Notes: generated from the letters alone by a model not told the origin. Shown: positions 38,519-48,536, counted from the first letter of the stretch. The stretch is 64,000 bases of DNA from Nitrosopumilus sp. (GCA_963667665.2 OY763927.2:1120001-1184000); one strand, 5' to 3'. Translations and numbers: made by a program.

Positions 38519-40543
38519 GTGAAATTATTAGTTTTTTCTTTGATGGTAGTATTTTTGGTGGGTTTTATTTTATTTCAATCTATAGAATCTGAAAATGAAA
38601 TTCAGACATACTTGGAGAGAAGTGTTCCATATGTTGGAACAGAAATTCCAAGAATGGATGGAATTGATGGAACTGGAATTAAAATAGCAGTAATTGATAC
38701 TGGAGTTGATTTTAATCATCCAGATTTATTTGGATGGGGTCCTGATGGAAAAGTGATAGGAGGATATAATTTCATACAAGAAGATCAACCACCTTTAGAT
38801 ACAAACGGTCATGGTACGCAAGTTGCTGGAGTAATTGCAGCCGATGGTCAAGCAGTTGGAATTGCACCTAAAGCAAAAATTCTTGCCTACAAAGTTTCAG
38901 AAGATGGTGAAGGAGTATCATCAGAATTAATCACTAGAGCCATAGAAAAAGCAATTGAAGATGGTGCAGATATTATCAATATTAGTTTAGGAGTAAACAA
39001 AACAAATACAAAAATTGAACGTGCAGTAAATAATGCATTAGAAAAAGGAATTTTCGTAGTTACTGCTGCTGGAAATGATGGCCCAGGATTCAAAACAATT
39101 GGTAGCCCAGGTAGAAATTTTGGATCTGTCACGGTTGGTGCAACATACAACAATCTCACTTCAAGTTTGGTTGCAACATTAGAAGTAGATGACAAACCAT
39201 ATACTGTAATTCCAATGGTAGGTTCATCAAAACTAGAAGAACCAATTATTGGAAAAATAATTTTTGGAGGATATGGGAAAATTGAAAACTTGAGAAAAAT
39301 TGATGTGAAAGATGCAATATTAATTGTTGAGAGAGGAAGTGATGTGGAAGGAGAGTTATTGTATTTTTCCATCAAGGAAAATAATGCTGCAAATGCAGGA
39401 GCAAAAGCTTTGATTGTATACAATAACAAAGCAGGAATTTTTTTGGGTGAATTGATTCACGAATTTATGGAACTAGGATACAAACCACAAATTCCAGTTG
39501 TATCCATTGACAGAGAAGAAGGACTTGAAATTATAGAATCTATAAAAAATGGTAATGAAGCAAATATGCATTTATTTTACAACCCAGATTTTGTAGCACA
39601 TTTTAGTTCTAGAGGACCAGTATCACCATTTTACATAAAACCAGACATGGTAGCACCTGGTGCATATATCAATTCTACACAAAACAATGGAGGATATAAT
39701 TTTACGAGTGGGACAAGTTATGCAGCACCACATGTTTCTGGAGCAGCAGCACTATTACTTCAAAAAAACCCAGAACTTCATCATCATGAAATTAAATCCC
39801 TATTACTAACTACAGTTGAGCCTGTTTCAGATGCCTATGGACAAGAATTTTCACTGCATGAATCAGGTGCTGGGAGATTAGATATTGGGAATGCATATGG
39901 TGCAAAATTAATCATCACTCCACCAAATTTTGTAGTTAATGTATCATCAGATGTTCTAATTGCGGAGAAACAATTTAGAATAAAATTGATTGAGGGTACG
40001 TTTGATAATTTTGATGTTAAATTTGTTGGGCCAGAATTTGTAAAATTCACATATTTTTTTGAAGGTAATACTTTACAAATTAAAATGAATGTCACTGAAG
40101 AAAATTTTGGAGAATATGAAGGAAAAATAATCATCAATCATGACAGTACTCGATATGTAATTCCATTTCTATTACATTATACACCAGGTTCAATTTCAAT
40201 AAATCAACAAAATCAAAAACTTTTCTTTTATATTTATCATCCAGAAGAATGGAGCTTTGCAAAAATATCAGTTACAAACAGCAAAGATGGAAAAATAGAC
40301 ACCACTACTGTTACACCAAACAAAAAGTCATCAATAGAAATCTATGAAAATGCAGAATACTGGATTGATGCAAAAATTAAAGTTAATGGAAACACATCAT
40401 CTGCATTTAACACAATTAAAATTAGTTCACTTCCAGAAAATTCTTACAGATTAGAAATAATCGACATTCCAGAAAAGCAGGTAGGAATAATTGCAGGAAT
40501 TGTAATAATAATAGGAATTATTGGATTAATTAAAAGAAGATAA
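38519..40543 (+). CDS. S8 subtilisin-like serine protease with PA domain, N-terminal signal and C-terminal TM anchor
   Basis: VIDTGVD, HGTQVAG, AAGN, GTSYAAPHV; hydrophobic tail followed by KRR. Confidence 0.92.
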   Translation: MKLLVFSLMVVFLVGFILFQSIESENEIQTYLERSVPYVGTEIPRMDGIDGTGIKIAVIDTGVDFNHPDLFGWGPDGKVIGGYNFIQEDQPPLDTNGHGTQVAGVIAADGQAVGIAPKAKILAYKVSEDGEGVSSELITRAIEKAIEDGADIINISLGVNKTNTKIERAVNNALEKGIFVVTAAGNDGPGFKTIGSPGRNFGSVTVGATYNNLTSSLVATLEVDDKPYTVIPMVGSSKLEEPIIGKIIFGGYGKIENLRKIDVKDAILIVERGSDVEGELLYFSIKENNAANAGAKALIVYNNKAGIFLGELIHEFMELGYKPQIPVVSIDREEGLEIIESIKNGNEANMHLFYNPDFVAHFSSRGPVSPFYIKPDMVAPGAYINSTQNNGGYNFTSGTSYAAPHVSGAAALLLQKNPELHHHEIKSLLLTTVEPVSDAYGQEFSLHESGAGRLDIGNAYGAKLIITPPNFVVNVSSDVLIAEKQFRIKLIEGTFDNFDVKFVGPEFVKFTYFFEGNTLQIKMNVTEENFGEYEGKIIINHDSTRYVIPFLLHYTPGSISINQQNQKLFFYIYHPEEWSFAKISVTNSKDGKIDTTTVTPNKKSSIEIYENAEYWIDAKIKVNGNTSSAFNTIKISSLPENSYRLEIIDIPEKQVGIIAGIVIIIGIIGLIKRR

Positions 40544-40544
40544 T

Positions 40545-42149
40545 CTATAAAGTAAGTTTTGGACCTGCATCAATTATATCAGATGAAACATTTTCAAATT
40601 TCTTAAAATTTTCAACAAATATTTGAGCTAAATTTTTTGCAGAAAAATCATACGAATCTTTGTCAATCCAAGTATTTTTTGGATCTAAAATTTCAGAAGG
40701 AACATCATCTATTTCAGTTGGGACATCTAAATTGAATAAATCATTATGATCATATTTCACATTATCAAGTGCACCTGAAAGAGCAGCAGTAATCATTGCA
40801 CGACTATATTTGATCTTTATTCTTTTTCCAATTCCATATGGACCGCCAGACCAACCAGTGTTTACAAGATAAACTACAGTATTGTGTTGATTAATTTTGT
40901 CTCCAAGTAATTTTGCATAAACAGATGCTGGTCTAGGCATGAATGGAGCTCCAAAACACTCAGAAAATACAGATTTTGGTTCTTTGATTCCTCTTTCAGT
41001 TCCGGCTAATTTACTGGTATAACCGGACATAAAGTGATACATGGCACCTTCTTTTGTTAATCTAGAAACTGGAGGCAAAACTCCTAATGCATCAGCAGTC
41101 AAAAATACAATCACCTTTGGATGACCACCAACACTAGGAATTACTGCACCAGGAATGTAATCCAAAGGATATGCAACGCGGGTATTTTCAGTTAAACTGT
41201 TATCATCAAAATCAGGAACATTATCATCAAGTACTACATTTTCTAAAACAGCACCTGGTTTGATTGCATTCCAGATTTCAGGTTCTGCTTCTTGACTAAG
41301 ATTGATACATTTTGCATAGCATCCGCCTTCAAAGTTGAACGTACCATTGTCAGACCATCCATGCTCATCATCACCAATTAGTTGTCTATTTGGATCTGCA
41401 GAAAGGGTGGTTTTACCAGTACCAGATAATCCAAAAAATAATGTAGTATCACCTTTTTTCCCAATATTTGCAGAACAATGCATTGGAAAAATACCACGTT
41501 CGGGTAAAAGGTAATTCATTATACTAAACATTGATTTTTTCATTTCTCCAGCATATTGCGTACCTCCAATCAAAACAATTTTTCTTGTTAAATCAACTAG
41601 GATTAATACATTAGTTCGGGTTCCATCAATTTCTGGAACTGCCTCAAAATCATTAATACATAATATAGTAAATTCAGGTTCATGATTTTCCAACTCCTCA
41701 TTTGTAGGTCGAATAAACAAGGTTCGTCCAAATAGATTTTGCCAAACGTGATCATTAATCACTCTAATGGGTAGACGATTTTCAGGGTCAGAACCTACAA
41801 AACCATCAAAAACAAAAAGTTCTTTATCATCAACAAAGTTTTTCATTTTTTCAAGAAGTTTCTCAAATTTATCACTTGGAAATTGATGATTAATTTTTCC
41901 CCAATCAATTGTATTTTGAGTTTTGTCATCATATACAATAAATCGGTCATCAGGAGATCGACCAGTATATTTTCCAGTATTAACTGAAAGAGAACCTGTA
42001 GAATTTACTACACCTTCATTTCTTTCAACTGCAAGATTTACCATTTCATCTACGCCTAGATTTCTGTAAACTTTGGAAGGACTGATCCCAAATGTTGTTA
42101 ATTGTGATGAGAATTTGTCAGTTACAGCATTACCTACAACTTGAGTCAG
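40545..42149 (-). CDS. pckA: Phosphoenolpyruvate carboxykinase (ATP); probable CTG start
   Basis: TGRSP, YAGEMKK, GLSGTGKTT, IGDDEHGW, EGGCYAK; frame stays open 35 codons upstream of the track's ATG (42044) to a CTG preceded by GGAGG. Confidence 0.93.
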   Translation of the reverse strand: MTQVVGNAVTDKFSSQLTTFGISPSKVYRNLGVDEMVNLAVERNEGVVNSTGSLSVNTGKYTGRSPDDRFIVYDDKTQNTIDWGKINHQFPSDKFEKLLEKMKNFVDDKELFVFDGFVGSDPENRLPIRVINDHVWQNLFGRTLFIRPTNEELENHEPEFTILCINDFEAVPEIDGTRTNVLILVDLTRKIVLIGGTQYAGEMKKSMFSIMNYLLPERGIFPMHCSANIGKKGDTTLFFGLSGTGKTTLSADPNRQLIGDDEHGWSDNGTFNFEGGCYAKCINLSQEAEPEIWNAIKPGAVLENVVLDDNVPDFDDNSLTENTRVAYPLDYIPGAVIPSVGGHPKVIVFLTADALGVLPPVSRLTKEGAMYHFMSGYTSKLAGTERGIKEPKSVFSECFGAPFMPRPASVYAKLLGDKINQHNTVVYLVNTGWSGGPYGIGKRIKIKYSRAMITAALSGALDNVKYDHNDLFNLDVPTEIDDVPSEILDPKNTWIDKDSYDFSAKNLAQIFVENFKKFENVSSDIIDAGPKLTL

Positions 42150-42298
42150 AGGATTATGCCTCCAAAAATTATTTTATCAATCTCAGATGGTTTCATGAGA
42201 TATTTCGATCCGCCTTGAATTTCCTTATTATCTCTTTCCTATCTGAAATTTTTTCTTATCTAGGAACGTATTTATTTCAAAATTCAAGACTCACTCTT

Positions 42299-42703
42299 AT
42301 GTCGATCAACAAAGAAAAGCTTGCAAAGAGACAGGAAATAAAAGGACATAATCCTGATTTTGTTAGACCAGAAAGTTGGCGTTATGTTAGATTACAAACT
42401 AATTGGAGAAAACCAAAAGGTATTGATCACCACCAAAGAAAACAAAAAAGTAGAGGTCGTCCAGGTCTTGTTAAAGTTGGATATGGAGGACCTAAAGAAG
42501 CAAGAGGATTACATCCTTCAGGATTTACAGATAATTTAGTTTACAATTTAAATGATTTAGAAAAATTAGATCCAAAAAAAGATGGTGTTAGATTTGGACA
42601 TAGTGTTGGTACTAAAAAGAGAAAAGAAATTGTTGCTAAAGCAGTTGAAGGAAAATTTAAAATTTTTAATGCGAGAGTGAATGTAAGTGGTAGTAAATCT
42701 TAA
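42299..42703 (+). CDS. rpl32e: 50S ribosomal protein L32e
   Basis: WRKPKGID, VGYG, RGLHPSG; start placed at MSINKEK. Confidence 0.95.
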   Translation: MSINKEKLAKRQEIKGHNPDFVRPESWRYVRLQTNWRKPKGIDHHQRKQKSRGRPGLVKVGYGGPKEARGLHPSGFTDNLVYNLNDLEKLDPKKDGVRFGHSVGTKKRKEIVAKAVEGKFKIFNARVNVSGSKS

Positions 42704-43142
42704 AGCTAAAAAAAGACTGGCAGCTAGAGTTACTGGTGTCGGTGTTCATAGGATAAGATTTGATACTGATCATCTAGATGATGTTGCAGATGCAATTACA
42801 AGAGAAAATATTCGAAGTCTCATTACAGCAAATACAATTAGAATCAAATCATTTACAGGTACATCTAAAGGCAGAGCACATACAAAGAAAGCCCAGAAAA
42901 ACAAAAGAGGTATTACTCAAGGCACAAAAAAAGGTAGAAAAGGTGCACGAGTAGGTAAAAAAGAAGTATACGTTGCAAAAGTTCGTGCATTGAGACGATT
43001 GTTAAAGATTGCAAAAGACAGAAAAGATTTGACCAATCCAGAATTTTGGATACTCTACAAAAAAGTTGGTGGAAATACAGTTAGAAACAAAGCACACCTT
43101 AGAACTTTGATGGATGAAATTAAAGAAAAAAGAAATAACTAG
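42687..43142 (+). CDS. rpl19e: 50S ribosomal protein L19e
   Basis: KKRLAARV, AITRENIR, KKGRKGAR. Confidence 0.95.
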   Translation: MVVNLKAKKRLAARVTGVGVHRIRFDTDHLDDVADAITRENIRSLITANTIRIKSFTGTSKGRAHTKKAQKNKRGITQGTKKGRKGARVGKKEVYVAKVRALRRLLKIAKDRKDLTNPEFWILYKKVGGNTVRNKAHLRTLMDEIKEKRNN

Positions 43143-43438
43143 AATCTATATACTCTGTTTTTTAAATCCAGAATTTTACCATTTTTAATTTGAATGCCTT
43201 CATCATTTAGTAATTTTATTTTTACATGTTCTCCATACGCATAACCACCAATTTTTCCAGTAGACATCACCACCCTATGACATGGAATAATTACAGGGTA
43301 AGGATTTTTGTTCATTATTTTTCCAATTATTCTCTGTCCATTTTTCAACCCAACTGCTTTTGCTAATTCACCATAAGTTGTGATTTGACCTTTTGGAACC
43401 TCCAGTAATTTTTTGTAAATCTTTTGTTCAAGATTCAA
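43139..43438 (-). CDS. ogt: Methylated-DNA--protein-cysteine methyltransferase (single domain)
   Basis: TTYGELA, active site PCHRVV. Confidence 0.9.
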   Translation of the reverse strand: MNLEQKIYKKLLEVPKGQITTYGELAKAVGLKNGQRIIGKIMNKNPYPVIIPCHRVVMSTGKIGGYAYGEHVKIKLLNDEGIQIKNGKILDLKNRVYRF

Positions 43439-44211
43439 AGTTTGATTACCTCAAGTTTTGTGGATTCAAGAAAACCAAGTACTTTCTGTTTATTGGATCC
43501 AAGTCCATTCCAATCCAAAAGAGCAGTTTGTGCCATACTATTTTGTGCAAGAATATGAGAAAATAATTTTTCATCAAGATTATCTAATGAATGTTTTGGA
43601 ATTACAGTTCCAAGTGCATATTTTCCTTCAAGTAGTTCATTTGTAAATTTTAAAGGATAGTGTGTTCCTCCAAAACAAATTGCCACAGGATTTTCTTTGA
43701 TTGGTTGTGTAATTACTTGATGAACCAATGTTGCTACTGAATTACACAAAGATATGTCGTTCCACTGTTTTTCAGATGTGCCTATTTCTATGAAAATAGA
43801 TGGTTTAGTCAGTGCAGTAGGCCCATGATGTGTTGCCTCTATAGTGATTTGGAATTCTGAAAATTTAGACTGATGTTTCTTCAAAGTTTGGAGATACGCT
43901 TTTTGAAGATGTGGGTGAGGGATTGATACTTGTTTTTCATTTCCACCAAATTTTGCTTCAGAAAAATTACCAGTGCAATGACAAGTTAATGCTAATACTC
44001 CTGATTCTGCAGCATGTTTTGAGAGAAATACAAATCCATCATAATGATATTTTTCTTCTAACCAATCTGCAGAAATTGCAGGAGTAGGAATTATTATCAT
44101 GTCATAAAATTTCCCATAGAAAATATCGCCTTCTTGGTTCATTTCTTTCGAAAGAAATTTTGCCATATTGTGACCTGCAGGATCATCTTGATACGCAACT
44201 AGTAGTTCCAT
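43435..44211 (-). CDS. dtdA: D-aminoacyl-tRNA deacylase (archaeal DTD2 type)
   Basis: FLSKHAA, EATHHGPT, FIEIGT, GGTHY; start placed at MELLVAYQDDPAG. Confidence 0.9.
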   Translation of the reverse strand: MELLVAYQDDPAGHNMAKFLSKEMNQEGDIFYGKFYDMIIIPTPAISADWLEEKYHYDGFVFLSKHAAESGVLALTCHCTGNFSEAKFGGNEKQVSIPHPHLQKAYLQTLKKHQSKFSEFQITIEATHHGPTALTKPSIFIEIGTSEKQWNDISLCNSVATLVHQVITQPIKENPVAICFGGTHYPLKFTNELLEGKYALGTVIPKHSLDNLDEKLFSHILAQNSMAQTALLDWNGLGSNKQKVLGFLESTKLEVIKL

Positions 44212-44250
44212 GAGATAAGAGATATAAAGACACCTTATTAATTTCCAGCA

Positions 44251-44427
44251 ATGAACCCTAAGCAGACTTTGAGAAACATGGTTAATATGATGAAAATGAC
44301 CAAAAAACCAGACAGAGATGAGTATCAACAACATCTTAGATTGGTAATGTTTGGAATAGCTGGAGTTGGTGCAATTGGATTTATTATTCAGTTTGTGTTT
44401 TCGGTAATTACATTTGGTAGGACATAA
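44251..44427 (+). CDS. secE: Protein translocase SecE (Sec61 gamma); absent from the ORF track
   Basis: MNPKQTLRNMVNMMKMTKKPDRDEYQQHLRLVMFGIAGVGAIGFIIQFVFSVITFGRT*; KKPxxxEY plus a TM helix; TAATG overlap with spt5. Confidence 0.92.
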   Translation: MNPKQTLRNMVNMMKMTKKPDRDEYQQHLRLVMFGIAGVGAIGFIIQFVFSVITFGRT

Positions 44428-44921
44428 TGACAGAGGAAATAAAATCAACTGAGGAAGTTCAAACAACTGAGGAAATAAAATCACATTTGTTTGCAATTAG
44501 AACCACTGGTGGACAAGAAAAAGTGGTGATGAGGTTATTAGAAGCCAAGGCAAATGCAAATAAAATTAATATTCAATCAGTTTTGCTTGTTGATAATCTA
44601 AAAGGCTATGTTGTAGTTGAAGCAATCAATCCAAGTGATGCATACATGGCAGTTGAAGGAATAAGACACATTCGTGGTCAATTAAGAGGAGAATTAGAAT
44701 TCAAAGATATTGAAGGATATCTTATCAAGAAATCAACAGTTTCACAATTAGCAGTAGATAACGTAATAGAGATCACAGGAGGTCCATTCAAAGGAATGAA
44801 AGCAACAATTACCAGAATTGACGTTGAAAAAGAAGAAGCAACAGTAGTTTTGTTGGATGCATCATACCAATTACCAGTAACAGTAGATGCAAACTATCTG
44901 AAACTAGCAAGTGGGGCTTAG
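44427..44921 (+). CDS. spt5: Transcription elongation factor Spt5 (NusG)
   Basis: AIRTTGGQE, KGYVVVEA, KOW motif GGPFKG. Confidence 0.95.
   Translation: MTEEIKSTEEVQTTEEIKSHLFAIRTTGGQEKVVMRLLEAKANANKINIQSVLLVDNLKGYVVVEAINPSDAYMAVEGIRHIRGQLRGELEFKDIEGYLIKKSTVSQLAVDNVIEITGGPFKGMKATITRIDVEKEEATVVLLDASYQLPVTVDANYLKLASGA
44430..44483 (+). repeat. Imperfect 18-bp tandem triplication at the Spt5 N-terminus
   Basis: acagaggaaataaaatca / actgaggaagttcaaaca / actgaggaaataaaatca. Confidence 0.8.
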
Positions 44922-44956
44922 TAAGGATTAAATTTTTCATATTAAGAGGATAAAAA

Positions 44957-45436
44957 ATGGGAGAACAAAAAGTATCAGCACTTGTAACGGGAGGAGGAGC
45001 ATCTGCGGGTCCACCATTAGGTCCAGCATTAGGCCCTCTAGGTGTTAACATTATGGAAGTCATCAAAGCAATTAATGATAAAACAAAAGACTTTGAGGGA
45101 ATGAAAGTTCCTGTAATTGTTATTGTTGATACTGATACAAAAAAATATGAAATTGAGATAGGTATTCCTTCAGCTGCAGCCCTCATTATGAAAGAAGCAG
45201 GAATCCAAAAAGGCTCAGGTGCATCAGGAACTGAATGGGCAGGGGATATCACAATGGATTCAATTGTCAAAGTTGCAAATACAAAACTTGAGAAATCTTA
45301 TACTTCTTCATTGAAATCTGTTGCAAAATCCATCATTGGCACATGTGTAGCATTAGGAGTCAAAGTAGAAGGAAAGACTCCAAAAGAAATTACCGTCGAA
45401 ATTAATGATGGTAAATGGGATGAAAAATTCCAATAA
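44957..45436 (+). CDS. rpl11: 50S ribosomal protein L11
   Basis: GPPLGPALGPLG, GTCVALGV. Confidence 0.96.
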   Translation: MGEQKVSALVTGGGASAGPPLGPALGPLGVNIMEVIKAINDKTKDFEGMKVPVIVIVDTDTKKYEIEIGIPSAAALIMKEAGIQKGSGASGTEWAGDITMDSIVKVANTKLEKSYTSSLKSVAKSIIGTCVALGVKVEGKTPKEITVEINDGKWDEKFQ

Positions 45437-45892
45437 TTATTGAATTAGATAAACAGGATCTTTATCGGTTTTTTGTAATTCTACAAAGGTTTCAGTATTT
45501 TGAATACCATCTATTTTTCCAATTTTTTCAATTACTACTGTATGAAGGGCTTCAAGATTCTTTGCATAAACATGAATCATTATATCGAATCTACCAGTGA
45601 TTTCAGAGATTGATACAACTTCTGGTGTTTCCATGAATTGTTTATGAATTGCATCCTTAAACTTTGGATCTCGATTGATTCCAACAGTGGCTTTTACACC
45701 AATACCTAAGAGAGAATCATCAATTTCTATGGTAAATTTTTTGACCAATTTTTTCTTTAGTAATCTCTTGATTCTACTATAAAGCACAGAAGCATTGATC
45801 CCAAGTTTTTTTGATAAAATAGGAACAGAGATAGATCCATCTTTAGTTAATTCATAAAGCAATTTCATATCAAGTTCATCAAATCTGTGCAT
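45437..45892 (-). CDS. Lrp/AsnC family transcriptional regulator
   Basis: DELDMKLL...SRIKRL HTH; ITGRFD. Confidence 0.9.
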   Translation of the reverse strand: MHRFDELDMKLLYELTKDGSISVPILSKKLGINASVLYSRIKRLLKKKLVKKFTIEIDDSLLGIGVKATVGINRDPKFKDAIHKQFMETPEVVSISEITGRFDIMIHVYAKNLEALHTVVIEKIGKIDGIQNTETFVELQKTDKDPVYLIQ

Positions 45893-46058
45893 TGTGTTAG
45901 AAAATTATACTTGTGATTTAATATATGTAGGTTTTCAGACAAATTTCCCTTCGAATTACATCTATTTTATTGAAAAAGTGTAATTTTTTAAAATAATCAA
46001 TAATCAAAAATCTTAACCTCTAAACGATTTTAAGTAGGCTTTCTCGAAAATGTTCGTA

Positions 46059-46721
46059 ATGATTACAGAGACACAACTTACTGAAGTGATTAAAAAAGTC
46101 AAAGATGAAACTAAACAGAGAAAATTTACACAAGCTATAGAACTAATTATTAATTTCAAAGATATTGATGTCAAGAAAGGATTTGCTCTAAATGAAATAG
46201 TTCAACTTCCAAAGACAAGTTCTCCAGCAACTGTTTGTGTTATGGCTACAGGAGATATGAGTCAGAAAGCAAAACAGGCAAATGCTGATGCAGTTATTGG
46301 AACAGCAGAACTAGATAAATTTGCAACTAACAAAAGAGAATCTAGAAAATTCATTAACAAATATGATTTCTTTTTAGCAGACACTAAAGTCATGCCACTT
46401 GTAGGTAAAACTTTGGGTCAATTCTTAGGTCCTAGAGGAAAAATGCCAACACCAGTTCCATTTGATGCACCAATTGAATCATTTTTACAAAGATTTAGAT
46501 CATCAATCAAAGTTAGAACAAGAGCATCTTTATCCATATCATGTAAAATTGGAGACGAATCTATGGAGGACACAGACTTGGCAATTAATGCACATGCTGT
46601 AATTAGTGCAATTGAAAAGAAATTACCAAACGGTGAGAAGAACATTAAAAAAATTATGATAAAGACTACAATGGGTAAACCAGTAAAACAAGTACAAGAG
46701 GTTAAGAAGAAACGTGCATGA
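46059..46721 (+). CDS. rpl1: 50S ribosomal protein L1
   Basis: RKFTQAIEL, LGPRGKMP, KTTMG. Confidence 0.96.
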   Translation: MITETQLTEVIKKVKDETKQRKFTQAIELIINFKDIDVKKGFALNEIVQLPKTSSPATVCVMATGDMSQKAKQANADAVIGTAELDKFATNKRESRKFINKYDFFLADTKVMPLVGKTLGQFLGPRGKMPTPVPFDAPIESFLQRFRSSIKVRTRASLSISCKIGDESMEDTDLAINAHAVISAIEKKLPNGEKNIKKIMIKTTMGKPVKQVQEVKKKRA

Positions 46722-47580
46722 GAATAGAACATCTTATCCTAAAAGAAAAACCCAAATGTATCAACAATTACAAGAGTTGCCAAAAAAATACAAAGTTCTA
46801 GCTATAATCAAAATGAACAAAGTACGTTCCACACAAATATTACCATTAAGAAAAATTCTCAAAGATGACGTAGAATTTGTAAGTATCAAAGACAAAGTTG
46901 CAAAAAAAGCACTTGAGAAACTAGACGTGCCTGGAATCAAAGACATGATTGGAGAACTTACAGGACAATGCATGTTCATGTTTACTAACATGTCACCATT
47001 CAAGCTAAATGTCCTTCTAGCCAAAAATAAAATCATGATGATTGCAAGAGGAGGTGATATTGCAAGTATAGACATTGTAGTACCTGCAAAAAATACAGGA
47101 ATTGCACCAGGACCAATGCTTACAGAATTCAAAGAAGCAGGTATTCCAACTAAAATTGATCAAGGAACAATTTGGATTGCAAAAGATAGTACTCCTGTTT
47201 TGAAAGGTGAAGTAATCAATGAAAAATTGGCAACAATTCTTGGAAAATTAGATATCAAGCCAGTAGAGGCAGGAATTTCACTTTATTCAGCACTAGAAGA
47301 TGGACTCAAGTATGCTGAAGAAGAGATGGTAATTGACGTTGAGAAAATTAGAGGAGAATTTGCACAAGCACACCAAGAAGCAATTTCATTATCTATTGCA
47401 GCAGCATATGTTACTTCAGAAAATATTTCACAAATTCTTAATAAAGCATCTCAATCTGCACGTTCCGTATCTGTTGAATCAGGTTATATGACTGATGAAA
47501 CAAAGGAGCAGATTTTACAAAAAGCAGATGCTCAAGCTAAAGCAGTTGCTGGACAAGCAAAAGATTACACACCTGCATAA
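46714..47580 (+). CDS. rplP0: 50S ribosomal protein L10/P0
   Basis: TGIAPGP, GIPTKI, LGKLDIKP; follows L1. Confidence 0.94.
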   Translation: MHENRTSYPKRKTQMYQQLQELPKKYKVLAIIKMNKVRSTQILPLRKILKDDVEFVSIKDKVAKKALEKLDVPGIKDMIGELTGQCMFMFTNMSPFKLNVLLAKNKIMMIARGGDIASIDIVVPAKNTGIAPGPMLTEFKEAGIPTKIDQGTIWIAKDSTPVLKGEVINEKLATILGKLDIKPVEAGISLYSALEDGLKYAEEEMVIDVEKIRGEFAQAHQEAISLSIAAAYVTSENISQILNKASQSARSVSVESGYMTDETKEQILQKADAQAKAVAGQAKDYTPA

Positions 47581-47615
47581 ATTAAAATCTAGAACCAGAG
47601 AAATTATTAATTAAG

Positions 47616-48494
47616 TTATTCTTTATCCGTATTTTTTATAATGAGATCAATAACATCTGATGCTCTAAATGAACTTCTAACGAATGGGCCAGATTCTACA
47701 TGCAAGAATCCCAGTTTTTTCAAATCAAGTTTTAATTGGTAAAATTTTTCTGGTGTTACAAACTCCTTCACTGAAAGATGTGATAAAGATGGTTGTAAGT
47801 ACTGACCAAGAGTAATGAAATCAACATCAACATCTCTGAGTTCTTGTGCAGTTTGTAGAATTTCTTCTTTTGATTCACCTAATCCCAACATCAAAGATGA
47901 TTTTGTAAAAATGCTAGAATTTATTTCTTTTACATATTTCAGAACTTTCAGTGATTGCTTGTAATTTGCTCGAAGGTCTCTAATAGAGGGACTTAATCTT
48001 TTGACAGTTTCAACATTATGACCAATTACATTGGGTTTTGCTTTTGCTATCGTTTCGATGAATTTTTCATTTCCACTAAAATCAGGAATTAATGACTCAA
48101 CTACTGTATTTGGGCATTCAGATTTTATGCATTGAATAGTTTTAGCAAAATGCTCAGAGCCTTCATCTGGAAGATCATCTCTGCAAACAGACGTGATTAC
48201 TATATAACGAAGATTCCAATCTTTGATTGCTTCTGCTACATGTTGAGGCTCCTTAGAATCTAATTCGAAGGGTTTTCCAGTTTCAACATTGCAAAATTTG
48301 CAGCCACGTGAGCACACATCACCCATGATCATAATTGTTGCAGTTCCTACACCCCAACATTCAGAAATATTAGGACAGGAGGCCTCCTCACAAACAGTAT
48401 GTAGATTATATTTTTGCAAAGTCTTTCTAACTTTGAGATAGTTTTCACCTGAAGGAATTTTCATTTTTAACCAGCTGGGCCGGATTAAACTCAT
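47616..48494 (-). CDS. lipA: Lipoyl synthase
   Basis: CEEASCPNISEC (CX4CX5C), CSRGCKFC radical SAM motif, GQYLQP, VRSSF; start placed at MSLIRPSWLK. Confidence 0.95.
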   Translation of the reverse strand: MSLIRPSWLKMKIPSGENYLKVRKTLQKYNLHTVCEEASCPNISECWGVGTATIMIMGDVCSRGCKFCNVETGKPFELDSKEPQHVAEAIKDWNLRYIVITSVCRDDLPDEGSEHFAKTIQCIKSECPNTVVESLIPDFSGNEKFIETIAKAKPNVIGHNVETVKRLSPSIRDLRANYKQSLKVLKYVKEINSSIFTKSSLMLGLGESKEEILQTAQELRDVDVDFITLGQYLQPSLSHLSVKEFVTPEKFYQLKLDLKKLGFLHVESGPFVRSSFRASDVIDLIIKNTDKE

Positions 48495-48505
48495 TGATTC
48501 AATGA
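48491..48505. promoter_or_regulatory. Palindrome TCATTGA-T-TCAATGA at the divergent lipA/gcvT promoter
   Basis: Perfect 7-1-7 inverted repeat overlapping the inferred lipA start codon. Confidence 0.35.
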
Positions 48506-48536
48506 ACATATAACAAATAATAACATTTTACATTTC

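Noticed and set aside
38887-39429. Long antisense ORFs (also 16805-17251, 44809-45270, 46761-47132, 53215-53619, 60864-61262 and similar)
   Set aside because: They lie opposite well-supported genes, have no motifs, and are typical codon-bias shadows
42092-42298. N-terminal extension of L32e in the ORF track
   Set aside because: Covers the promoter region and the 5' end of pckA; no resemblance to L32e
44212-44496. 95-aa N-terminal extension of the D-aminoacyl-tRNA deacylase ORF
   Set aside because: Antisense to secE/spt5; the family-like sequence starts at 44211
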